Source of the DNA: a virus
Taxonomy: Duplodnaviria > Heunggongvirae > Uroviricota > Caudoviricetes
DNA length: 64,000 bases
Strand: one strand, 5' to 3'
Virus record (IMG/VR): IMGVR_UViG_3300038345_000251
Coordinates: 160,001 to 224,000 of that record
The notes below the pieces were generated by a model. The model saw only the letters and a list, made by a program, of their open reading frames with translations, did no database searches and was not told the DNA's origin. The position numbers and the translations under genes were made by a program. Of this stretch, positions 47,735 to 56,639 are shown piece by piece; positions within the stretch are counted from its first letter, which is position 1, and every line of letters starts with the position of its first letter.

Positions 47735-50452
47735 ATGGGTAGACAAAAATTAATACATTTGAATACCACCAAACAAGGTGAAGAGTTTCTTTCAGCAGTA
47801 GTTGAAAATGCTGAATATAATGAAATTGTGATACAGCATCTTGCAAGTGGCGAAGGTGAAACAGCGTTATGGACACTTGAAAAAATTAATGGCGAAAAAG
47901 TTCCTGTAAAATTCCCTAGTGAAGAAGGTATACAAAACATTGTTAATTTAGAAGCTGAACGTGCAATGTCAGCTGAAACAATGCTTGCAGAAGCAATTGA
48001 AGGCATTGAAATTGTTAAACTTGATGAATCTGAACTTACAGCAAATGAACAAGCAGCATATGTTCTTCATGTTGACAATGAACAAAAAGGTGCAAGAATT
48101 AGTATTCCTAAAGATAATGCACTTTATAGCGTTTATGTAGGACATGTTGATGATACACTTGTTAGTCCTTATGACCCTACAGTTGTTGATGGTACAGGTA
48201 ATACTGCACTTTGCTTTATTTATCAATTATCAGATAATGAATATAAATTAGTTACTGTTAATATTGAAGATTTTCTTGATGAAAACGAATTTGCTGATGG
48301 TTTAACAGTTAATAATCATATTGTTAAAGTTTTGATTGACCCTACCTCTGAATCATATTTAACTGTTTCAGAAAATGGTGTTAAATTAGAAGGAATTGAT
48401 GATGAACTTAACACTCTTGATAGTAAAATTGATGATGAAACTGAACGTGCAATGTCAGCTGAAACAATGCTTGCAGAAGCAATTGATGATGAAACTGAAC
48501 GTGCAATGTCAGCTGAAACTGCAATTCAAACTAATCTTGATGCTGAAGTAGAACGTGCACAAGAAGCAGAACAAACACTTGATAGTAAAATTGATAATGA
48601 AATAGAACGTGCAACAGATACAGAAACAGTTCTTCGTCAAGATATTGATGAACTTGAAGAAAAAATTGATAATATTCATATTCACCCAGCAGCAGATGTT
48701 GAAGTAGGCCAACCTTCAGTATTACATATGCAAGTTGAAGGGGACATAGACAGCCAGCGTTTCACAATAATGCCAAAATTAGGTAAGATTGAAGAAGCAA
48801 CTGAATGGAGTGTTGGTCTTGTCCCATCAGGTAAAACTGGTCTTGTTGATGCTTGGGATGCTAAACAATACATTGGAAGTCAAATCAGCCAAGTTGCATC
48901 AGATATGATTGAATATGTAAACCAAGAAATTGAATATGTAATATCAGCTGAAACAGAACTTCAAGAGGAAATTGACAGTATCGAAATTGTTAAACTTGAT
49001 GATTCAGAACTTACAGCAAATGAACAAGCAGCATATGAACTTCATATTGATGGTGAACAAAAAGGTGCAAGAATTAGTATTCCTAAAGATAGTTCACTTT
49101 ATAGAACATATCTTGGTCATGTAGACGATTCATTAACTTCAGCAAATGACCCTACAGTTGTTGATGGTACAGGTGATACTGCACTTTGCTTTATCTATCA
49201 ATTATCAGACAACACTTACGAATTAGTTGCAGTTAATGTTTCACAGTTCCTTGAAGAAAATGAATTTGCTGATGGTTTAACTGTTGATAACCATGTTGTT
49301 AAAGTTCTTGTTGACCCTACATCAGAATCATATTTAACAGTAAGTTCTGACGGTATTAAATTAGAAGGTATTGACGATGAACTTAACACTCTTGATGCTA
49401 AAATTGATGATGAAACTGAACGTGCAATAAGTGCTGAAACTGCAATTCAAACTAATGTTGATGCACTTGAACAAATGGTTTACGAAGTAAGTGATAACCT
49501 TAATGCTGAAATTAATAGAGCAACAAATGCTGAACAATCAATTCAAGATAATGTTGTTATTCTTACACAAACAATTGAAGATGTAAGTGAAAGTGTTACT
49601 AACGAAGTTACAAGAGCAACAGAAGCAGAGCAACTTATTCAAACTAATGTTGATACACTTGAACAAATGGTTTACGAAGTAAGTGATAACCTTAATGCTG
49701 AAATTGACAGAGCAACAAGTGCTGAAACTGCAATTCAAACTAATCTTAATAGTGAAGTAGAACGTGCAACAAGTGCTGAAACTGTACTTAGAGAATCAAT
49801 TGATAGTATTGAAATTGTTAAGATAGATAATCCATCAGAACTTTCTACTAATGAAAGAGAAGCATATCTTCTTAAAGTTGACAATGCAACTAAAGGTGCA
49901 AGAATTAGCATCTATAAAGATAGTTCACTTTATAGAACATATCTTGGTCATGTAGATGATTCACTTGTATCAGAAGATTCTCCTGCTGTTAATTATGGTG
50001 GTGGTGATGAAGCACTTTGTTTCATTTATTACACAATGGAAGGTAAATATCAATTAGTTACAATTAATGTTGAGACTTTCCTTTCTGAAAACGAATTCCT
50101 TGATGGTTTAACTGTATTCCAAGACCATTCAATTAAAGTTAAGATTGACCCTACATCTGAAAAATATAATGGATTTGACTTGTTAACAGTAAGTACAGAA
50201 GGTGTTAAACTTAATGGTGTACAAAATATTGTTTCAGCAATGGTTCAAACAGTTGATGTTAAAGTTGAAATAGGTGCTAATTCTTACGATTACCTTGAAT
50301 CAACACAAGTAACTCCACCAAATAAGTATTTTAAGATTGATGCTAAAACAATAGATATTGAAGATGCAGATTCAAGTAATACAGGTCTTCTTGATGCTTA
50401 TAATGTTAAAAATTATATTGATAACCTTATTATTGATTGTGGTACATATTAA
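47735..50452 (+). CDS. Acidic fibre-like protein: three ~140-aa repeat modules linked by E..RA..AE coiled coils
   Basis: Module IEIVK...KGARISI.KD..LY..Y.GHVDD.L...ALCFIY...FL.ENEF.DGLTV...IDPTSE occurs three times; ETERAMSAET repeats; C-terminal IDCGTY. Confidence 0.75.
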   Translation: MGRQKLIHLNTTKQGEEFLSAVVENAEYNEIVIQHLASGEGETALWTLEKINGEKVPVKFPSEEGIQNIVNLEAERAMSAETMLAEAIEGIEIVKLDESELTANEQAAYVLHVDNEQKGARISIPKDNALYSVYVGHVDDTLVSPYDPTVVDGTGNTALCFIYQLSDNEYKLVTVNIEDFLDENEFADGLTVNNHIVKVLIDPTSESYLTVSENGVKLEGIDDELNTLDSKIDDETERAMSAETMLAEAIDDETERAMSAETAIQTNLDAEVERAQEAEQTLDSKIDNEIERATDTETVLRQDIDELEEKIDNIHIHPAADVEVGQPSVLHMQVEGDIDSQRFTIMPKLGKIEEATEWSVGLVPSGKTGLVDAWDAKQYIGSQISQVASDMIEYVNQEIEYVISAETELQEEIDSIEIVKLDDSELTANEQAAYELHIDGEQKGARISIPKDSSLYRTYLGHVDDSLTSANDPTVVDGTGDTALCFIYQLSDNTYELVAVNVSQFLEENEFADGLTVDNHVVKVLVDPTSESYLTVSSDGIKLEGIDDELNTLDAKIDDETERAISAETAIQTNVDALEQMVYEVSDNLNAEINRATNAEQSIQDNVVILTQTIEDVSESVTNEVTRATEAEQLIQTNVDTLEQMVYEVSDNLNAEIDRATSAETAIQTNLNSEVERATSAETVLRESIDSIEIVKIDNPSELSTNEREAYLLKVDNATKGARISIYKDSSLYRTYLGHVDDSLVSEDSPAVNYGGGDEALCFIYYTMEGKYQLVTINVETFLSENEFLDGLTVFQDHSIKVKIDPTSEKYNGFDLLTVSTEGVKLNGVQNIVSAMVQTVDVKVEIGANSYDYLESTQVTPPNKYFKIDAKTIDIEDADSSNTGLLDAYNVKNYIDNLIIDCGTY
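48008..50220 (+). repeat. Three DNA-level direct repeats (~430 bp) inside the fibre gene
   Basis: Copies start near 48008, 48983 and 49811. Shorter exact repeats at 47957-48000/48443-48486 and 49469-49513/49661-49705. Confidence 0.85.
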
Positions 50453-50474
50453 TAGTGGTTATGTTTTTCTGAAT

Positions 50475-50506
50475 AAAACCTATCTCAGTAATGAGGTAGG
50501 TTTTTT
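50475..50506 (+). terminator. Intrinsic terminator
   Basis: aaaacctatctca-gtaa-tgaggtaggtttttt. Confidence 0.85.
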
Positions 50507-50513
50507 CTTATAA

Positions 50514-50524
50514 AACTATTTATA
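50514..50524 (+). promoter_or_regulatory. Putative late promoter motif
   Basis: AACTATTTATA 12 nt before the ATG at 50537. Confidence 0.65.
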
Positions 50525-50536
50525 GTAAAAATAGAA

Positions 50537-50872
50537 ATGAAAAGAGTTATTATTGGATTATTAATGCTAATTAGTTTAGTATGTTGTTTTAGTTGCGGAA
50601 AACGAAATATACACAGTAGTGAAGGAACTTCATCAATGTATGCATATGAAAGTCTTATAACATTAAGACAATTAGATTCAATATGTATTGCTGATACTTT
50701 ATTAACAATGGATAATTGGATTAAAACAACATTTTATGATTATGAAACAAATGAAAAATATGTGAAATATATGTTTATTAAAGATTTAGATAATGATAGA
50801 GAAATAACATATATTATAACAGAACAAGATACTGTTTTTAGACTAATAAAACGAATTGGTAAAACTGAATAA
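50537..50872 (+). CDS. Lipoprotein
   Basis: MKR + hydrophobic core + FSC lipobox-like motif (CFSC-GK). Confidence 0.75.
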   Translation: MKRVIIGLLMLISLVCCFSCGKRNIHSSEGTSSMYAYESLITLRQLDSICIADTLLTMDNWIKTTFYDYETNEKYVKYMFIKDLDNDREITYIITEQDTVFRLIKRIGKTE

Positions 50873-50874
50873 TT

Positions 50875-51510
50875 ATGGGAAAAAGGATTAAGATTTCAGG
50901 TTTTAAGCCATCAAGAATAGATGGTACTGAACGTATTTTTGGGGTTTCTATGGAAAGTATTGCATGCCCAAAGCAATATTCATATGTTAAATATTTACCA
51001 GATGTTCTAAATCAAGGAGAAAATCCAATTTGTGTTCCTTGTTCAATTTCAAGTTACTTGAATTGGAAAGAAAACCTAAAAGATGGTAGTCATAAAGATA
51101 ATAAAATAAATTATTTTGAGATTTATAATACCAAAACAACTGAAGGTGATGGAATGACATTTAAAGAAGCGTTTAGTTATTTAAAGCATCATGGGGTTTC
51201 TTCTAAATCAGGTATAATGAGAATAAGGGGATATGCGTTAATTAGGTCTCTTGCATCATTAAGAACAGCATTACTTATGAATGGTCCATGTTTTGGTGCA
51301 TTACCTGTATATAATTATTCAAATCAATTCTGGAAAAGGAAAAATGGAGATATGCTTCTTGGTTATCATGCAATATCAATTGTTGGTTATGAAAAGGATG
51401 GTTTTATAATTAGAAACAGTTGGGGAAGTAGTTTTGCTAACAATGGATATACAAAAATATCTTTTGAAGATGCAAATAATTTTATAGAAATATGGACAGT
51501 GTTGGAATAA
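50875..51510 (+). CDS. Papain-like (C1 family) cysteine peptidase
   Basis: VLNQGENPICVPCS (Q and catalytic C), GYHAISIVGY (H), IIRNSWG (N). Confidence 0.9.
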   Translation: MGKRIKISGFKPSRIDGTERIFGVSMESIACPKQYSYVKYLPDVLNQGENPICVPCSISSYLNWKENLKDGSHKDNKINYFEIYNTKTTEGDGMTFKEAFSYLKHHGVSSKSGIMRIRGYALIRSLASLRTALLMNGPCFGALPVYNYSNQFWKRKNGDMLLGYHAISIVGYEKDGFIIRNSWGSSFANNGYTKISFEDANNFIEIWTVLE

Positions 51511-51514
51511 TAAG

Positions 51515-51543
51515 AAAGCCTTAGAAAAATCTAAGGCTTTTTT
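51515..51543. terminator. Bidirectional terminator between convergent genes
   Basis: aaagccttaga-aaaa-tctaaggctttt. Confidence 0.85.
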
Positions 51544-51546
51544 GTT

Positions 51547-52224
51547 TTAAAACATTTTGTAAACTTTCAACCCGACATCGTATTGGGGAATTTCTGCACT
51601 TCTTGGCACTTTTGGATTCGGATTAAAGTAGTAATTACCTTGTATCGCAACACCAAATGATTGGTTAAAGAATAAACCTGCTTCAGCATTTGCAGATGGG
51701 AATGTTGTTATACCAGCACCCACAAAAGGTAATACTTCTCTTTTACTTTCAATATAAATAGTTTGTTGTTTATAAACAGGATTAAAAGTATAATTAAGAT
51801 TTGCAATTCTGTTATATTGTACTGTTGCATCAATTGTACATTTTCCAACTGTATCAATATCAAACAACGTTTCAGTATATTCACGCTTACTTGCCCAATC
51901 AATCATTATTTTAGTTGAATCTTGTTTAGTAAATTGTGTAGTATCTGTTAAATAAATAACTTTTTCAGGAAATAACTCTTGATATATACCATCTTTAACA
52001 CATTGTGCTATTAAATTGGCGGTATCAACAGGTTCAGTTACATAATAAGGAACAGGATATGGAATACTGTCATAAATAGGTTCTCCTGGTAAGTATTCGG
52101 TAATAGTTTTTTCAATTACAGTTGAATGTTTTTTACCGATATATAAACCAGAAAGGAAAAGGAGGATTGCAATAGCGGCAATACCTCCTATTTTCCACCA
52201 GTTTCTTTGAATAACTTCACTCAT
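51547..52224 (-). CDS. Membrane-anchored protein with C-terminal amphipathic beta strands (spanin-like candidate)
   Basis: N-terminal TM GGIAAIAILLFLSGLYIG; Pro-rich linker; PFVGAGI..AGLFF..FGVAIQGNY..VGLKVYKMF ending in Phe. Confidence 0.55.
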   Translation of the reverse strand: MSEVIQRNWWKIGGIAAIAILLFLSGLYIGKKHSTVIEKTITEYLPGEPIYDSIPYPVPYYVTEPVDTANLIAQCVKDGIYQELFPEKVIYLTDTTQFTKQDSTKIMIDWASKREYTETLFDIDTVGKCTIDATVQYNRIANLNYTFNPVYKQQTIYIESKREVLPFVGAGITTFPSANAEAGLFFNQSFGVAIQGNYYFNPNPKVPRSAEIPQYDVGLKVYKMF

Positions 52225-52227
52225 TCG

Positions 52228-52773
52228 TTAAAATGAACCACTGTTAATTATTTCATTTCTAATAGCATCAACAACATCATCAGTTAATGCGCTGTTAAGA
52301 GATTCACCGTTTTGTCTAAGGGTTTCAATAAGATTATTGAAATTAACAGTACCACCTGAAGTACTTGCTTCAATTGCGTCTTTAAGAACTTCAGCATTAA
52401 TCTCTAAACTATTAGCCATTGTTTCTGTATGTGCTGCCATGTATTCCTGTGTTTCGTTATTTTCTCTCTGAACCATTTCATAGAATGTTTCACCGTCCAT
52501 ATCACCTTTATCTGTTGTGAAAATATTCTTAAATGTTTTAGCAAGAGCACCAAACAAACCAGTTAATGAATTTCTTGTTTCAGCTTGTTCTTGTTTTAAT
52601 GCAACAGAATCCTGATGCTGAACAATTGTTTGAGTTTCAATTGCTTCAGTTTGTGCTTTTAATGTTTCAGTTTGTGTATCAACTGAAACTTGTGTATCTT
52701 TTAATGCATCAACTATTTGTTTAGGAATTCCAATGAATCCACTATCTGGGCGATAACCATAAGTATTTAACAT
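52228..52773 (-). CDS. Hypothetical coiled-coil protein
   Basis: 181-aa helical ORF preceded by a GATATTTATA motif (- strand, 52811-52820). Confidence 0.65.
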   Translation of the reverse strand: MLNTYGYRPDSGFIGIPKQIVDALKDTQVSVDTQTETLKAQTEAIETQTIVQHQDSVALKQEQAETRNSLTGLFGALAKTFKNIFTTDKGDMDGETFYEMVQRENNETQEYMAAHTETMANSLEINAEVLKDAIEASTSGGTVNFNNLIETLRQNGESLNSALTDDVVDAIRNEIINSGSF

Positions 52774-52856
52774 AGTATTACAATTTTTTTTCTAACTATT
52801 ATATTTTATATATAAATATCTTGATTTTTTCAAAAATAATTTTATCTTAATAAAAA

Positions 52857-53540
52857 ATGAAAATTATGGTTACGTATGTTGATGAAATAATTGAAAAACT
52901 TAAAGAAGTTAGTTTAGAAACAAGTGCAATTAACATTGCGAGAGGTTTAAGAAGTATGCTTGGTGATGAAAAAATAGGTAAATTGTTTAGAGAAATGTTA
53001 GAAAGTAACAATACCATATCATCAGATGAAAGAGTAAAAAACGGTGACGAATACAATTACTATTGGCTTGCTGTTAAGTTAAAAGAAATTGATGAAGCAG
53101 AAGAAGCAGAAGATGGATTAAAATACCCTTCTCACGGTTGGATTAATGGAGAAATGTGGGAAGCATTGGATAATGTTTCAAAACAACTTAATACATTAAA
53201 TGGTGTTTATGCTAGTAAAGGTGTTGTTTATCCTGAAGGTAGTTGTTATAGAAGCAAAGGCTTTTGGACAATAGATTTTGATACAATCGAAGATTTCAAT
53301 CATTTCTTATGGGCTGGTTGTTATAGGTATTTACCACTTGCAAAATCAGAAAAATGGAGAATATTACCAAATTTAGGAGACCCAGATTATAGAGAAAAGA
53401 AGCTTAGATTTGAACTTCATTATATGAAATTAAATGCGAATAAATCTGATATGGAAAAGGATTTTGCTGATATGGCAAAATGCATTGAAGATTATTCAAA
53501 TGATGAGAATGAAATAAAAAATAAACTTGAAAAACGATAA
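52857..53540 (+). CDS. Hypothetical protein
   Basis: 227-aa ORF, first of a packed + strand cluster. Confidence 0.7.
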   Translation: MKIMVTYVDEIIEKLKEVSLETSAINIARGLRSMLGDEKIGKLFREMLESNNTISSDERVKNGDEYNYYWLAVKLKEIDEAEEAEDGLKYPSHGWINGEMWEALDNVSKQLNTLNGVYASKGVVYPEGSCYRSKGFWTIDFDTIEDFNHFLWAGCYRYLPLAKSEKWRILPNLGDPDYREKKLRFELHYMKLNANKSDMEKDFADMAKCIEDYSNDENEIKNKLEKR

Positions 53541-53542
53541 TT

Positions 53543-53734
53543 ATGGTAATTTTAGATAAACTTTTAATTTTTGTTTTTATATTTTGCTGTTTAGTTACCG
53601 TTAAAGAAATCTTTAATTTTGTTAAAGGTGTTATTAATGGTAAATATGAAATTTCGACAAAAAGATTGATTATTTTAGGAGTTTCATTATCTTTTATATT
53701 GACAGTATTAATAACAGGGTTTACATTATTATAA
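53543..53734 (+). CDS. Small two-TM membrane protein (holin-like size and topology)
   Basis: Two hydrophobic helices in 63 aa. Confidence 0.55.
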   Translation: MVILDKLLIFVFIFCCLVTVKEIFNFVKGVINGKYEISTKRLIILGVSLSFILTVLITGFTLL

Positions 53735-53737
53735 AAT

Positions 53738-54208
53738 ATGGATGTAAAAGAAAGAATAGAAAAAGTTAAACCTTATTTCCGAGGAATGCAGGTAGAAAAT
53801 GTTGATGAACAAAGTATTATTTATGTCATTGTTCAATTTCCACCTAAATGGATTATAGATGAAGAAATACCAAATAAATATGGTGTTTCAATCGCACAAG
53901 GTAATAGTCCAGGCGAATTTTATTTTTGTGTTGAAATGGAAAAAGGTTTTGATGTTGTGTTTGATGCTGTTGAAAGTAATATAACTAAAATGCTTACAGC
54001 ACAAGAAAGAGCACAACTTTTGAGACAAAAAGTAACTGAGTTACAAGAATTGTTTATGGATGAAACCATATCAATAGAAACATTAAGAACATTGGAATTT
54101 TCTTATAAAACACCTAAAGTGCGTAAGAAAATGGAGAAAAAAGATATGGTAAAAGAAGTTATTGAAGAAGTAAATAATGATTTAAATATTGGGGAAGATG
54201 GTGAGTAA
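53738..54208 (+). CDS. Hypothetical protein
   Basis: 156-aa ORF with coiled-coil C-terminal half. Confidence 0.7.
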   Translation: MDVKERIEKVKPYFRGMQVENVDEQSIIYVIVQFPPKWIIDEEIPNKYGVSIAQGNSPGEFYFCVEMEKGFDVVFDAVESNITKMLTAQERAQLLRQKVTELQELFMDETISIETLRTLEFSYKTPKVRKKMEKKDMVKEVIEEVNNDLNIGEDGE

Positions 54209-54617
54209 TGGTTTAATTATATTTTTATATTGTATAGTAGCATATGGATTATCTAATATGGTAGTATTTTCTTCTGGACCGTTTAGAATTTTTGAGAGAA
54301 TCAGAGATTTATCAAATAGAATATCAGAACATTTTGGACAACTTTTTCAATGTATGATATGTTTTCCTGCTAATGTAGGATGGGTTTTAAGTTTAATTAA
54401 TTGGTTCTTTATACCTTTCCCATTTACACCATTTAATTTGATTTTAATAGATACTAATTTATGGTGGTTAGCAATGATAGGTGACTGCTGTTTTACAAGT
54501 GGTATCGTTTGGATTATACATAATATTGAATCATTTTTTGAAAGCATTGCAGAAGGAAAACATGCTGAAGAGTATGAAGAAGTTGAAGATAATGATGTAG
54601 TTAACTTAAATGATTAA
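54198..54617 (+). CDS. Membrane protein with CxxC (DUF1360-like)
   Basis: GPFRIFERIR...GQLFQCMICFPANVG plus several hydrophobic helices. Confidence 0.55.
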   Translation: MVSNGLIIFLYCIVAYGLSNMVVFSSGPFRIFERIRDLSNRISEHFGQLFQCMICFPANVGWVLSLINWFFIPFPFTPFNLILIDTNLWWLAMIGDCCFTSGIVWIIHNIESFFESIAEGKHAEEYEEVEDNDVVNLND

Positions 54618-54894
54618 TATGGAAACAGTAGAAGATTTGAAAAACGATATAGCAAAAACTAATGCCACAGTAAAATTTGAACAAAAAAGATTACAAAAAG
54701 AAATTGAGAATGGTTTATTCGATAGTGCTAATGAAATTTTGTCTAACCCAGAAACAAATAATTATTATCAAAAAGCATTAGAAGAATTAAATAAGGAAAC
54801 ACTGGAAATACCAGATAAAACTTCAAAAAAAGAGAATGAGAAAACTTTGTGGAAGAAATTTAAAGAAAACTTAAAAAAAATCATTTTACAATGA
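54610..54894 (+). CDS. Hypothetical protein
   Basis: 94-aa ORF overlapping the previous stop and ending at a terminator. Confidence 0.65.
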   Translation: MINMETVEDLKNDIAKTNATVKFEQKRLQKEIENGLFDSANEILSNPETNNYYQKALEELNKETLEIPDKTSKKENEKTLWKKFKENLKKIILQ

Positions 54895-54895
54895 C

Positions 54896-54927
54896 AAAAA
54901 AGAGAAGGTTAATTCCTTCTCTTTTTT
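54896..54927. terminator. Bidirectional terminator between convergent genes
   Basis: aaaaaagagaagg-ttaatt-ccttctctttttt. Confidence 0.85.
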
Positions 54928-55399
54928 ATGCATCAACAATAGTATTATCAGGTAAATCTAATTTTTCATGCAACCATTTTATCATTTCTTTAGGAAAATC
55001 TTTTCTTATTTTTTCTAAAATCATAGGTATAAATTTCTTATCAATGTCTTCTATGATTTCTAACAAATCATCACCGTCAAGTTGATTGAATAAGTAACTT
55101 AATGCAGTTGTTCTGTCAACACTAAAAAGATGGTCAAGAATGTAATCAACAATGTCACGTGGGTCCATGTCATCCAGAACTAAATTTTGATTACCATTAT
55201 CAATCACATTTTGAATGCAAGCGTCCTCATCAAGTTCACAGTTAAATCCACATTCTTCACGTGTTGATTCATAGTCTTCGCTTGTTTGATTCATGACTAA
55301 ATAGTTAATTAAATCAGACTTATCCCAAGATGAAAGATTGTCAATAGCATCAATAATAGGCTTAACATCTTTCTTAAATTTAATCATTTCTGTACTCAT
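54926..55399 (-). CDS. Hypothetical acidic helical protein
   Basis: 157-aa ORF, last gene of the minus-strand block. Confidence 0.7.
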   Translation of the reverse strand: MSTEMIKFKKDVKPIIDAIDNLSSWDKSDLINYLVMNQTSEDYESTREECGFNCELDEDACIQNVIDNGNQNLVLDDMDPRDIVDYILDHLFSVDRTTALSYLFNQLDGDDLLEIIEDIDKKFIPMILEKIRKDFPKEMIKWLHEKLDLPDNTIVDA

Positions 55400-55407
55400 G
55401 TTATTCT

Positions 55408-56397
55408 TTATTTTATTGTTATTGTTTCAGGTGGTATTGTTGTTTCTTGATTATCATAATAAAGGGAAGCAGTTCTTCCAATATTTTTAATTAATTGATT
55501 TAAAAGAAATTTAGTTTTCCTTGAAAGTTCTTTCTTAAATGCTTCAGTTGAATTTCCATATGGATTTAAATGAATATTATATATATTAAAAATATCTTTT
55601 ATGCCTTTAATATTTTCATCATTTATTTGTTTATATAAATCTCTAAAGTTTTTTGAAATAAGTTTATAAATATAATATGCTTGCGTTTTTTTGATGTCTT
55701 CATGAAAGTTTTCTCTTTTAGAATCAAAACCTTCTAAATCACCATATACACTTGCAACTAATGCATTGAATTCTGTTTCTGAAAACAATCTATATAAAAT
55801 CAAATTGAATAAATTATTATAGTTAGGGTCAGAAAATATATTAGAGATTACATTACTCTTAATAAGTTGATTCTTGTATCTTTTATAATAACCATTTTTC
55901 ATTAAATCATTATATGCCTCATAATAATGATTGATTTCATGATAAAGAGAATTGTAAAAAGTCCTACCAATAATACTACCTTTATATGCATAAGCAAAAA
56001 GAGATATTTTACCAGAATTTAATTTTCCATCAATAATTGTATCATCTACTAAATTAAAAGTAGCCTCTCCACCACCACTCCAGTTAAAAATTGATTTATC
56101 ACGAGTATTTTTAATAGTAACTTTAATTTCCAAGTTTTTTATGAAATTAATCTTTTCAGTTAATTCCTTTGGTATTTTAATACTTCTTTCTTTAAATAAT
56201 GGTGATAAACTATGACAATATTGTTCAACAAAATAATAAATTTCATTGATTTGTGGTGCATAAGGATTACCTGCAACACCTCTTTCTTCAACAAGCCTGA
56301 TAACCTTATTTTCTAATTCAATAATGTCTTTAGGTGGAAGATTAATCTGTTCCATCCTCTCCATTAAATCTTTGATTTCTTCTATTTTAACTCCCAT
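55408..56397 (-). CDS. Zincin-like (HExxH...E) metalloprotease-fold protein
   Basis: SLYHEINHYYEAY and TEFNALVAS; paralogue of 14674..15597. Confidence 0.62.
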   Translation of the reverse strand: MGVKIEEIKDLMERMEQINLPPKDIIELENKVIRLVEERGVAGNPYAPQINEIYYFVEQYCHSLSPLFKERSIKIPKELTEKINFIKNLEIKVTIKNTRDKSIFNWSGGGEATFNLVDDTIIDGKLNSGKISLFAYAYKGSIIGRTFYNSLYHEINHYYEAYNDLMKNGYYKRYKNQLIKSNVISNIFSDPNYNNLFNLILYRLFSETEFNALVASVYGDLEGFDSKRENFHEDIKKTQAYYIYKLISKNFRDLYKQINDENIKGIKDIFNIYNIHLNPYGNSTEAFKKELSRKTKFLLNQLIKNIGRTASLYYDNQETTIPPETITIK

Positions 56398-56636
56398 ATT
56401 TTATGTTCTAAATCAGTATTTGTATATTCATCTAATAACTTGAAATAATCGGTTTTATTAGCAATTTTATCATCTTTTTGAAAAACATAAAATGATGATG
56501 TATATTTTCTTGCATGACATTGTTTCTTTATCTTAGTTTTCGAAATAAGACGTGCTTTTGCTTCAAGGTAAAATTTATCAATTGTATATAAACCAAGTTT
56601 ATTAGCACACATAAATGAAAATTCTTCTGTACTCAT
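56382..56636 (-). pseudogene. Displaced duplicate C-terminus of the DNA methyltransferase (84-aa ORF with its own ATG)
   Basis: TEEFSFM..IDKF.L.AKARLIS..Q.H.R.YTS.F..F.KD aligns with residues 168 onward of 57704..58462 (about 32 of 54 identical by manual alignment). Confidence 0.85.
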
Positions 56637-56639
56637 AAT

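Noticed and set aside
47957-50220. Direct repeats as a CRISPR array or DGR template/variable repeat pair
   Set aside because: The repeats are in-frame coding modules without unique spacers, differences are not confined to adenines, and there is no reverse transcriptase or cas operon in the window.
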